Assembly (NCBI GenBank): GCA_943788245.1
Contig: CALSPN010000012.1
Span: forward strand, 28,552 to 92,551
Source of the DNA: an uncultured Verrucomicrobiae bacterium
GTDB lineage: Bacteria > Verrucomicrobiota > Verrucomicrobiia > Limisphaerales > AAA164-E04
Direction of reading: 5' to 3'
DNA length: 64,000 bases
The position numbers and the translations under genes are program-made. A model generated the notes under the pieces. That model saw only the letters and a program-made list of their open reading frames with translations, searched no databases and had not been told where the DNA came from. Below are positions 32,531-43,100 of this stretch, piece by piece. Position 1 is the first letter of the stretch; each line of letters begins with the position of its first letter.

Positions 32531-35500
32531 GCTCCTTTCCCATCATTGGATTCACCATAGCAGGCAGGTTCAAGCTGACGCCACTGTTGCGTCCAGGGAT
32601 CAATGCGGCAAACCGATGCGTAATCACATTTTTGGCATGGAGTCTGTTGGCTTTGCTGATAAGGAGCAATACTTAGATCGCCCTCAAAAATACGTTGTCC
32701 AAATTCCTTCAGTAGATCTCGAGTGCGCTGCAAGAAATGATCGAATTTAGCAGGCGACATGACGTGCCAATTTGTCTTGCGAGGGGCCCCATTTTTGTTG
32801 AGCTGGTATTGGAACTGTTCGCCTCTGGTTGCGCCTTCTCGTTGATCCATGGCATCGAGTGCACTTATATCAAAGCAACCTACATGCTGGTATGCCTTAC
32901 GCATGGAATCGATCGATGTATCCGGATTCAAGGCTTCCTTGCGCGAACTTTTCCCCTCGTGCTTTGCACGCAGTGTAGTGAAGAAGGCCCCGGCGGGTTG
33001 GATGTTTTTTGCCTCCATAGATGCTCCAACGCCAGATTGTCTAAGGACATTCAAATAAACAGGCAATTGAAGCTGCACTCCGTTCCAACTCAGGATTTCA
33101 TCCGGTTTCTTTTTTCCGGATTTGTAATCAATCACAATGGCCCATGATGACTGGCCTTCTCGGGCACAAAGATCGACACGATCAATGATTCCATTGAACA
33201 CCATTTTGGTATCATCGGAGAGTTGGATTTCCCACGCTGGAATCTGAGGTTCTTTTCCTCCAAAGGCGACCTCCACGCCGACGGGCTCAAAAGTATAATG
33301 CGACATCCACTCGACAATGACAGCAACGAAAGTTCCGAGTGCCTGACTCAGTGCGCTTGCCGTGACACGGTTGACAGGCTTGTCTTCCATCAAGCCCTCG
33401 TGGAAATCCTTCATGGTCTGTGAAGTGATTTGCTCCATGAGTTCCCGTGCCTGGGAGGGAGTCAGGTCGTGCCAACGCAATCCTTCATCTTCCAGAGCCA
33501 TATGGAACGCCTCCAACGCGGCATGTTGAAAACTACCCAATCTTCTTGCATCCAGTTCAAATGCCATGCGTTCTTCAGTTTTGAGACCGGATTGAACGAA
33601 AAAGCGAAAAGGACATTCGGCAAAGGCTTCGATCCGGCTTACGGAAGTGTAGAGCGTAGGGCTGGTTCTGGATTCTGAATACAGGTGACGTGCAATGACA
33701 CCGTTCAGTGGTTGATTTGTCGGTTTACCTGTGTGCTGACTGATCGATGACAGGGTAATCCTTGAATCCATGTTTGGAAGTATTTGGCTTAGGACGGCCT
33801 CGGACTGTCCTTTTTTCCATGTCCAAAATTCGGGCGAAATGAGTAATTCTCTTTCATGGAGAGCGGCCGACAGGTCAATGCGCTCGTTGAATGAATGAAT
33901 CTTTAATTGAGGGAAGATCCGTTTGACGTGCTGAATAAACACCGAAGGTCCCTGTGCTTTGCCTTCACTGGTGTTGAGAGCATAACTCAATGTGAGATGT
34001 TCGGTGGCACGTGTACATCCGATATATCCCAAAAAGCGTTCCGTTGCCAATTGAGTGCGGTAGCGTGATCCTATGTGAACCCCGGCATTCTCGAGCTGCA
34101 GTCTCTCAAGTTCATCAAATACCATTGGAGCCGTGGGTTTCGCAGGGAAAACGGATTCGTTGAGCCCCATCAGATAAGTGGATTTCAGATCAGGATTCCT
34201 TGATCGGTCGATGGCTCCTACAAGTACCTGATCGATAGCTGGCGGAATCACGCCGACGGTCAAGTTGTTGAGGCCCGCGTCGACAATGGGGATCCATTCG
34301 CGTATCGGAAGCGGTGTTTCAGCAAATGCCAGTTCAAAGTTCAATAGCCAAGCCTCCAGCACCTCTAACACTCGAATGTGAAATCCATCCTGGATGTTGG
34401 ATTTTGGCGAATTGAAGGCTGATTCATCCCATGTCTCAAGTCGATATTCGATATTCAAGGTCTTCCAGAGTTTTCGAAAAGCGGCGGCCAGTTGGATGCC
34501 GTTCCAGGGAAGTGGCATTTTTGTCCCACTGTCATGGTCGCTTTTTCCGAGAAAGTTTTTGATGGGTTTCAGTAGTTTTCGACGAATAGGTTCAAATCGG
34601 TTGACCAGTTCCTCAGGCCCTTTAAGGGGATTCCACCATCGCAGACCGCGCCATCCTCTTTCTATGGCTGCGTTTTCCAGATCATCGATCTCGGCCTCGA
34701 TCAAATCAGTCAGTCCAGTTTTCAGGTAGGTGAACCAATCGTCATGTGTCCAGCCAAAGGCAGGTAGGCGAAGCACGCAGCGCGTGAGCTCAACCAAGGG
34801 GTGATGAGCGACTGATTCTCTATGATCAATGAAACAAGGGATGCCATATCGGTCAAAAGTATGTCGAATGATTTCCTGATATGCCGGCAGGGAGCGAACG
34901 AGCACTGCCGTCTGGTTGAAACGCATTCCTTCTTCCCGTATTTGCCTTAGAATTCTTCGGGCGACATAGATCGATTCGGCTTCCGGTGATTGACATGCGG
35001 CCATCTCGATTGCGGTCGTATGATTTCCGTCAGGCGCTTCACTGAGCGAGAGTTCCATTTGAGATATTGGATTCAATGATCCCTCATCAACCGGCGTGGC
35101 ATCCATCGCCATCGGGCGGGTCCATTTTGATTCCAGCCACTTCAGCATATGGTTCTGTTGAAAGCGTCCATGCTTGCTGGATCTTTTTATGACAGTTCGA
35201 TCAAGCTTGATAGAATCCAATGAACCCGAAAGCGTGCGTGCATTGCCGTATGGTTTGATGGACTGGGAGCCAAATGGAAAATATTTCCCTTTTTATCTTC
35301 AGGGAACGAATCGGCGCAGAATGCAAGGACGGTTTTGTTGCTCAATGGCGCGAGAAGAGTCAGCAAGTTCAGTTCCTGAGGTGTGAGAGATGCAAACCCA
35401 TCCATCCATAGCCCCCCGAGTTGAAACACGGGAATGTTTGTGTTCAATTCCCTTGAAGATCGAAGGGCCATCCGCAGCTAAATCCAGCAAATGGTCGGGA

Positions 35501-36062
35501 TCATGCAGTTTCTTCAATTGGATCCACGATTGGGTATTCTTGAAATAAGATGCCGATGTCGTGCAATTTATGGCGTGCTCGTGCTGGGAGTTTGTCTGAT
35601 GATGACAGGTCGAGGATTTTTTGAGGTGAGACCCTGCTTTTGTTGAAACTCTCTTATCACTCGGCTCAATTCCTGCGCCAGGCCTGGTAATTTTGGGTTT
35701 GAGAGCATGAAAAATTCTCAGTCGTTCCTTGATCTGGTTCAGGAGTGAACGAAGAACCATCACCCGACCTTCTTCCGACAGGATGCTTTTTATGCTGGTT
35801 TGACACTCTGATAAGATAAATTCTGCCAGTCGATCATAGGACAGGATCTGGAGGCGCGTGTAGCCATGCAGGTCTGGATCCTGCAGCAGCGCATGTTCCA
35901 TTTGAAAGGTTGCCTGCTTTGGGGGCAAGCAGGAGTAATGGGGATCCCTGCGGGCGTGCCTTGAGTTCTGTGCGAATCTCCTCCAGACAAGCATGTGTCT
36001 TGCCGCTACCAGCCGGACCGAGTGAGCAATTGGACGCTTCGTTTTTTATTTTGTCCGGACAT
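32527..36062 (-). pseudogene. addB: Helicase-nuclease subunit AddB (RecB-family nuclease with Fe-S cysteines); 5' 0.9 kb frame-broken
   Basis: ATG 36062, then Walker A SLGPAGSGKTHACLEEI in the +1 frame, then APKQATFQMEHALL in the next frame (ORF 35299..35994), then ORF 35187..35471, then a clean 897-aa ORF 32527..35220. The clean ORF has the C-terminal nuclease (VIDYKSGKK) and the cysteine set AECPF...CQKCDYASVC typical of the AddB 4Fe-4S cluster. Confidence 0.8.
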
Positions 36063-36204
36063 GGGCGTTCTGAGTTGGCCGGTTTATTGTCTGTTTCAGG
36101 TTAATTTTCAAATTTCCAGCAAACCAGTTGATCCGGGCTTCGCGCAATAAAATGTCCGATTGGAATACGCGGGGAAGCCCCTGACTCCAGATGGCAAAAT
36201 CTGC

Positions 36205-37389
36205 TTACGCGCAATAGACCTTAAATTGAGTTGGATCCGCGCCAGCCATGATCAGTTCCCCTGATTCCAGCATGATGAAAAGTTGCTGATTGACTCGGAT
36301 CACAGAGCCGGCCCCCAGATTTTTTTCCGTCCATTGCACTTTGCCTGTCGAAGCCTCGATGCAGCGAAATTCGGGTCCAAATTCCTGGCGCCCATGAAAT
36401 CCATACAAGTATCCATCCAGGTAAACACAAGTGGCGTAATGATTGGACATTTGCCGATCCCCCGTCCATTTCGGCTGCAATGAACCATTCGAGATTTTCA
36501 GTAGATTTCCACCGACACCGTAGCCGGCTGACAAGAACAAGCCTTCAGGTAATACCAAAGGAGTTGCCGCGTTGACCGAAGCGTTCATACTCGAGCGCAA
36601 GGGGCGTGAAAAACGAAGTTTGCCATCGTCTGGATTGATTCCGTGAATGCTTTCTCGCGTCCATGCCCAGAGTATGGGCGGACTTGCGCGCTTATCGAGG
36701 ACCGGCGATGCATACCCGGCAGAGTCGGATGTGGCTTTCCATTGAACCTGTCCAGTGGCTCGATTCAGCGCGATGACGCCAGCATTGAGTTTGCCACCAA
36801 TGATGTAAATGACGGAATCTTCATAAACCAAAGGAGATGGGGCTCTCCCAAAAAAACCTTTATCCGTATCCCACTTTTCTCGCGCATTGACTTCCCAGAT
36901 GCGCTGGCCGTTTGTTGCGTTTACGGATGTCAGGATTCCATCCGCACTCATCAGGTAAATGGCTTCCTCATGAAGGCAAGGAGTGGCACGTGGACCTGGA
37001 TCGAATCCGAAATCATCCCGATACTGGGTTTTGTGTTGATACTTCCATACCTCTTTCCCCGTTTTGAGGTCCATGCAATCCATGACGCTTTGATCATTCT
37101 TTCGATGGTATAGATAGAGTCGGGAACCCTGCACGATCGGGCCGCTGAATCCGCTTCCGATTTCCAGACGCCAGAGTCTTTCCGGAGGGCTTGTTTTCCA
37201 GTCCTTGACCGAAGATTCGTCGGTGGCAACGCCGTTACGATGAGGGCCAAGAAACTGCGGCCAGTCAGCCGCATGTAGCAGAATAGCGGAATCCGGCGAA
37301 ACCAAGGCAGAAATGCAAAGAAGAACGCATAAATTGCGGTTAAATGCAGTTTTAAAGGGCAAAGACATCCGAGGAATTAGACCCTTCAA
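36205..37389 (-). CDS. PQQ-like (BamB-type) beta-propeller repeat protein, secreted
   Basis: Intact 394-aa ORF with a signal peptide (...LLCISALVSPDSAILLHA/ADWPQFLGPHRNGV). It has repeated W/G-containing blades typical of PQQ-binding-like propellers. Confidence 0.75.
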   Translation of the reverse strand: MKGLIPRMSLPFKTAFNRNLCVLLCISALVSPDSAILLHAADWPQFLGPHRNGVATDESSVKDWKTSPPERLWRLEIGSGFSGPIVQGSRLYLYHRKNDQSVMDCMDLKTGKEVWKYQHKTQYRDDFGFDPGPRATPCLHEEAIYLMSADGILTSVNATNGQRIWEVNAREKWDTDKGFFGRAPSPLVYEDSVIYIIGGKLNAGVIALNRATGQVQWKATSDSAGYASPVLDKRASPPILWAWTRESIHGINPDDGKLRFSRPLRSSMNASVNAATPLVLPEGLFLSAGYGVGGNLLKISNGSLQPKWTGDRQMSNHYATCVYLDGYLYGFHGRQEFGPEFRCIEASTGKVQWTEKNLGAGSVIRVNQQLFIMLESGELIMAGADPTQFKVYCA

Positions 37390-37486
37390 TCACTCGTATA
37401 AAAAGAAAAAATGATTGAAACATATGACGAAAATCATCGTCCTAGAGGTTGGCATGACGAAATCAATCGTCAACATAACCCCCGGC

Positions 37487-37880
37487 ATGGCCAAGAAATC
37501 AACAGTTCCAAAACTTACTAAGGCCGGATTTAAGATATTCAGCGTAATATGGGATCGGCAGTCAGGCACTGTACGAGAAGTACTTAACCATCTGAAACAG
37601 TTTGAAGATATTGGCTACACTACTGTTCTGAAAGTCATGTAAATCATGACTTAAAAAGGGCTGCTCAAGCGAAATGCCCAAGTTAAGCCTCAACTCTACA
37701 CTGCGGTGATTCCTCAAGAGAAAAATCAGGGAGTTCTGTTGAATGATTTGCTTGATCGCGCTTTCAAGGGAGCAACAGGCTCAATGGTCTTACAATTACT
37801 TTCCACAAAAAATGGGTTCATCAGAAGAGTTGCGTCAAATTCGGGAAATGATCGATACGCTGGAGAATCAAAAACAATGA
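37487..37880 (+). pseudogene. BlaI/MecI/CopY-family winged-helix repressor with two in-frame TAA codons and one frame break
   Basis: MAKKSTVPKLTKAGFKIFSVIWDRQSGTVREVLNHL..GYTTVLKVM*IMT*KGLLKR...FKGATGSMVLQLL, then after the A6 run 37807-37812 the +1 frame gives MGSSEELRQIREMIDTLENQKQ*. The stops are at 37640-37642 and 37652-37654. The gene end overlaps the next ATG (ATGA 37877-37880). Confidence 0.75.
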
Positions 37881-38555
37881 TGAACTCAGAAACTGATCTG
37901 TTTTTTGCAATGGGTGGCGGAGTGCTTCATTTGCTATGCCGGGGGACTGTGATCGGGCCAAATGCCGCCCTGTTGATTCGGCGATTGAGTAAATCATCTG
38001 GCGAATCCAGATATGCCTTTGCACTTGGTTCGCCAGTAATTTGTTTGATTGTCTTTTTAATTTTTTTGGGGATCAGTTAACAAAGTGCCAAATACAAGTG
38101 ATGGCTGATTGCACTTCCTACTCTGATTCCTAGTGTGAAAAATGACTCAGGCAACAAGTAGCAAATTGTTGCAAGGATATGGGCGATTGGAGTTGGACTT
38201 TCGATTCCTCGATTTGCCTTTCACTGGCTTTGGTCACAGCGTTTAAGAACAAGAATGGTCGCCAATTCCGAACGGAGGTGGTTGGACATTTTTGATGAAC
38301 TGAAAACTCAAATGCGCATTTCCAGCGCCGGTGTTTTTGATGATAACTACAAACCGGACCTCCACTTTAGCAATTTCGATGGAGAGCTCATGTCTTTGAG
38401 TGAAACGGATGGCGCACCTACACTCATCCGAGTCGCACAGCTTGGGGCAGGAATTAATGGACCTTAAATCGGTTCATGAGTCAGGTGGCATTGACCCTGA
38501 TGAATACGAACTTCAGAGGCGAAAACTATTCGTGGACGAAAAACAATCCGAATAA
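37877..38555 (+). pseudogene. Remnant of a BlaR1/M56-type sensor gene with a SHOCT-like C-terminal tail (tentative)
   Basis: It begins MMNSETDLFFAMGGGVLHLLCRGTVIG....LSKSSGESRYAFALGS, resembling the first TM helices of BlaR1-like proteins. Later ERRWLDIFDELKTQMRIS. I found no HExxH. The last frame reads ELMDLKSVHESGGIDPDEYELQRRKLF..* (SHOCT-like). At about 680 nt it is far shorter than an intact M56 sensor. Confidence 0.3.
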
Positions 38556-38738
38556 GGAACTTTTTGTTGTTATTTTAACAACATTCGCTCATGTACATCA
38601 GGTGAATCTGAGTGTTTTTTATTTACCGATTTCTTTTCAGGCCACACTCAAACACCACTGGTAGTCCTTCCTCTATTAACTACTTTACACAATACTGTAT
38701 GGGTGTTACGGTACACCAAATTTTAAAACGTCAAAAAC

Positions 38739-39188
38739 ATGAAACCACTGTTTTATCAAATTGATCCACATTCTGGTCTACCGGTGTATCGTCAAGTCAT
38801 GGATCAGACGAAGCATTACATTGCTTCCGGGGCTCTGGTTACAGGAGACCAGCTTCCTTCCATTCGTGACCTTGCCACTCGTCTTTCGGTTAATCCGGCG
38901 ACTATTGTCAAAGCCTATAATGAGCTTCAGAACGAAGGGGTCATGGAAAATTAAACAAGGCAAAGGAGCTTTTGTTTCTCAATGGATTACCTGAAAAGGA
39001 AATCCCGAGTCGCCGCTTGCAGGTGAGCCGGATTGCTCGACAACTGGCCGTGGAATCTCAACAGCTTGGCATGCCGTTGGATGAGACCATGGGGATTGCT
39101 TGAAGATCAATGGATTGCATTGGGGAATGAGCAAATGCTAACTCAGAAAAAGAAATCATCTGCTTCCAAAGCTGCCAGAAAAGTATGA
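38739..39188 (+). pseudogene. GntR-family (YtrA-like, short) transcriptional regulator, frame-broken
   Basis: MKPLFYQIDPHSGLPVYRQVMDQTKHYIASGALVTGDQLPSIRDLATRLSVNPATIVKAYNELQNEGV is a GntR winged-helix domain. It continues ..KQGKGAFVS in the +1 frame (ORF 38761..38994). The C-terminal part is spread over further frames and the end coordinate is approximate. Confidence 0.7.
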
Positions 39189-40154
39189 GTGATCTTGTTT
39201 CCATAGAGTCGGCCAATCTGACCAAATCCTTTGCACCCGGGCGGGGTGGCCGTGAGCAGTCTTGATCTGAGGATCGCCCCTGGAACGGTGTATGGTTTGT
39301 TAGGCCGCAATGGAGCAGGAAAATCGACCGCACTCCGGCTTTTCATGGGCTTGTTAAGACCCGATCAGGGCTTTGCAAGGATACTGGGGCATGATCTATG
39401 GCAAGCGGATCGTTCCCTGAGATCCCGCATCGGCTACGTTGCACAAAGGCAGCTATTACCAGGGGAGAATGAGTCTCGAAGATTTGGGGCGATATGTTGG
39501 ACGGTTTCATGAAGATTGGGACCATCAAAAATGGCATTTGCTCGTTAAACGCTGGGCGATGGATTTTGAAGGTGGCCATTGGAAGGATGTCTGGCGGAGA
39601 GCAGAGAAAGGCCGCTCTGTTACTCGCCATCCACGCCATGCACACAGGTGCTTATTCTTGACGAACCTGCGGCGGGATTGGACTCCGTGGCGCGTCGGGA
39701 GTTTACTGGATTTGCTCATAGAAATGATTCAATTGCGTCCTGAGGACCACCTTGTTGAATCAGTACGCATCATATTGGGGATCTTGCCCGCATTGCTCAG
39801 GAAGTCGGGATAATGGACCGGGGTCGACTGCTGAGGACAGCTCAATTGGATGATTTGCAGGAGCGCATGAAAAAAGTACAAGTGGTGTTTCCTGGAAATG
39901 AAGCTCCTGCCGGATTCAAGTTGCCCGGGATGATTCGTATGAAATCAGTGGGCCCGGTTGTCACGGCTGTGTGTGAACTGGATTCAGTTCATTCACTTGA
40001 GCAATGGCGCCTGCAATCTCAATTAAGAGTCCAAACATTTCCTTTGAGCCTGGAAGAAATTTTTTTGGAGCTATTTGAAAATACGCAAGGGCGATCCGAG
40101 GTCGATGAGGCTTCGAGGGGTCGCGAAAAAATATTTGGAGGAACTTACGAATAA
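39185..40154 (+). pseudogene. ABC transporter ATP-binding protein, about 7 frame breaks
   Basis: MSDLVSIESANLTKSF, Walker A GLLGRNGAGKST (ORF 39231..39512), signature MSGGEQRKAALL, Walker B VLILDEPAAGLD and H-loop LLISTHHIGDLARIAQEVGIMDRGRLL. Each is in a successive frame (2,3,1,2,3,1,2,3), ending with ORF 39813..40154. Confidence 0.8.
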
Positions 40155-40155
40155 G

Positions 40156-43100
40156 ATGATTAAATGTATGAACTATACTGATATGAATAGATCACTTTTA
40201 AAGTGGCTGTTTACGCAGATTTTCTGGGTTTGCCTTTTATCGATTGGAATCCTGAATGCACAGCAATCGCAGTTGGTGCGCCCGCACATCATCGATATTA
40301 AAATTACTCAGGATGAAGTGCTGGTGCGTGCTTTTGTTCCGGAAGGCTACAAACAGGTTTTCGTGGAAGGGAAACCTCGCTTTGAAGTAGGAGCATGGGT
40401 GCCGCGTGCTGTCATTTACACTGAAGGAAAAAAGGGGGAATACGAATTCCGGTTGAGTGTGTCAGAAAAAATTGAATGGCTTCGCATACGCGCAGAAAGT
40501 GAAATACCTTTACCTGTGTCTGCATTTCTTGGGGAATCAGATTTTGCGGGACCCGTGGCCAGTGATGAAAATGTTCTATTTGATGCAATGCCCGTGGCTA
40601 CACCTGATCGAGAGGGCGATTTGACCGAAGGTGCCGGGGGCGAAAAAAGAGAAGTGGTTGAATCCGATATATGGAGACTGGAAGGTGATCGCATGTATTT
40701 CTTCAATCAATATCGAGGTCTGCAGATTGTTGATTTGTCCAACGTGGATCAGCCTCAATTGATGGGAGAAATGGAACTGCCTGCTGCAGGGGAACAGATG
40801 TATCTAGTTGATGCAGGTCATGCCGTTCTTCTTGCACGCAACAGCTGTTCCTATTGGAGTGGTGATGCGGAGAGTCGATTGGTGATTGTGGATGTCTCCG
40901 GAACGGAACCTACAGAAATTGCCAGTGTTCCTGTTGAAGGCCGTATCCAGGATAGTCGTTTGGTTGGGTACTGCTCTGTATGTGACAGCTCAGGTTTATC
41001 GTCATCGAACGGAAAGCGAAGGAGCTGCGGATGAGGAGATCTGGGAGTGGGGGGTCTCAAGTTGTTTCATATGATTTGAGCCATCCCGCATTTCCCGTTG
41101 AGATGGATTCCATCTGGGTGCCGGGTTACCAGAACGTCATCCAGGCAACCTCCGAGTTCCTGTTTGTTTCAACTCAGGGATCTTTCAGGCGAGATCGAGG
41201 ACGATCAACGCTCAAGATAATTGATATCGGTCAGGCAGATGGTGCCATGACAGAATTAAGTGAAATTCGTCCAGCCGGACGCATACTTGATAAATTCAAA
41301 ATCAATATGCATGGTAAAATCCTGCGGGTCATCAGCGAATTACCGATACGCCCACTTCAGACCGATTTGGAAACCTTTGATCTTACCAACCCAAAACGAC
41401 CTTTCAAATTGGGGTCAGTCACTCTTGGGAAAAACGAGAGTCTGCACGCCACTCGGTTCGACGGGGACAAAGCTTACATAGTGACCTTTTTCAGGATTGA
41501 TCCATTGTGGGTGGTTGATTTGTCCGACCCTGCCAACCCGACTATTTCAGGAGAGTTGGAAGTCCCGGGATGGTCCACCTACATTCAGCCCCTGGGGGAC
41601 CAGTTGCTGAGCATCGGGATCGATAATGTCAAAGGTTGGCGCGTGTCGGTTTCTTTGTTCGATGTTGCAGATCCAGCCAAGCCCGGACTGCTGAGCCGGG
41701 TTCCCATTGGTACCCATCACAGTTGGAGTGAAGCCAACCATGATGAAAAAGCCTTCGGTTGGATTGAAGAGGCAGGCCTGATCCTGGTCCCTTTCCAATC
41801 GTATGAAGAAAGTGGCTCGACGGCGGGTGTGCAGTTAATCGATCTCAATGGTGATACGCTTCAGAAACGGGGAGTCATTGAACATACTGTTGCTCCCAGA
41901 CGATCGGCTTTGAAAGAGGACGTGATCCTTTCTTTGTCAGGGCGGAGTTTGATGTCAGTGGATGCGACTGATCGTGATCGACCAGAGCTGGTCTCCGAGT
42001 TGACCTTGTCCTGGCGCGTGGATGAGGTGTTTTCGGTAGGAGATCATGTGCTCCAATTGACCAAAGGTTCGCAATGGAATGGCGAGAATGCCGCCTTGCG
42101 TCTGGGGGAAGCGGACCGGGATTTTCAATTTCTGACTGAGTTGGATCTGGGGTCCATGCCTGTGGTGGGAACTGCCATGCGAGGCGAAACCCTTTTTATT
42201 GCCCAGACATCGACAACGAGTGTTCCTGTACCGGTTGCAGAGGGAGAAAAACCGGGGCCTGAAACGTATTCTTTTGTAATGAGTGCTGTGGACCTCAGTC
42301 GATTGCCTGACTTACAGTTACTCTCTTCTCAGGAAATTCAACTGGAGAACCCTGTTTTCGGTTCGGACCTTCAAGCATTGTGGATAACCGATGATCACCT
42401 GGTATGGCAATCCTCGCAAGATTATTGGTTTTGGGGGAATGATGTTATCTTTGATGGCCCCGCTCGAGGTATTGCGGATATTGGTTTCTGGCCGGGAGGA
42501 TTCTCAGGTTCACGATTTTTAGCCTTTGATACAGATAGTGCGGATGGTCTGCGATTTCTCTCGGATTTTGATCTGGCAGTCGAAAATGTCTGGAACTTTT
42601 CAGATGGCCACGCGGTTGGTGGGAAAATTTATATAAGCTATCAAAAAAGTGAATTAGACGAACCTGGTCCAGACCGTCCCGAAGAGCTTGTGATTAAAGG
42701 GCGATGGATACAGAAAAACTACCTTGCTGTGGTTGATTATGCTGACCCCATTCACCCAACCCAGCGGCCAGCGGTCAATATCCCCGGTTCACTTGCTGGG
42801 GTTTCTCATGGAGGAGATGTTATTTTCACCAAGGGGATGCACTACGATGAGGAAACACTGGTGACCAACAACCGTGAATGGCTTGATGCATTGGCTTATG
42901 ATGGTGTTGCTGCGCATTTAATGGATTCCATTGCCTACTCCAGCCAGTGGCCACATCTGGCTGAAGTTACCCAGCAAGGTTACGTAATCGCTGGTCAGAT
43001 TCAGGAGGATAAGAAAGATGATGATCATTCTCTCGCTGACAACGTATTCGGACTTTACACCCTCAGTAGCTGGTTTCTCAATGATGAAGGCAACTTTGAG

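Noticed and set aside
37411-37437. ATGATTGAAACATATGACGAAAATCAT upstream of the blaI-like gene as a BlaI operator.
   Set aside because: Only the outer 6 bp and the central CATATG are symmetric. It lacks the TACA/TGTA half-sites typical of BlaI/MecI operators. It cannot be judged without comparative data.
37640-37654. Possibility that the in-frame TAA codons in the blaI-like gene reflect stop-codon reassignment or readthrough.
   Set aside because: TAA is the terminator of several intact genes in the same window: yqgE-like at 8075, the small ORF ending at 8907, the PQQ propeller at 36205, the beta-propeller protein at 44132 and the EEP gene at 47145. No other gene shows in-frame TAA at conserved sense positions.
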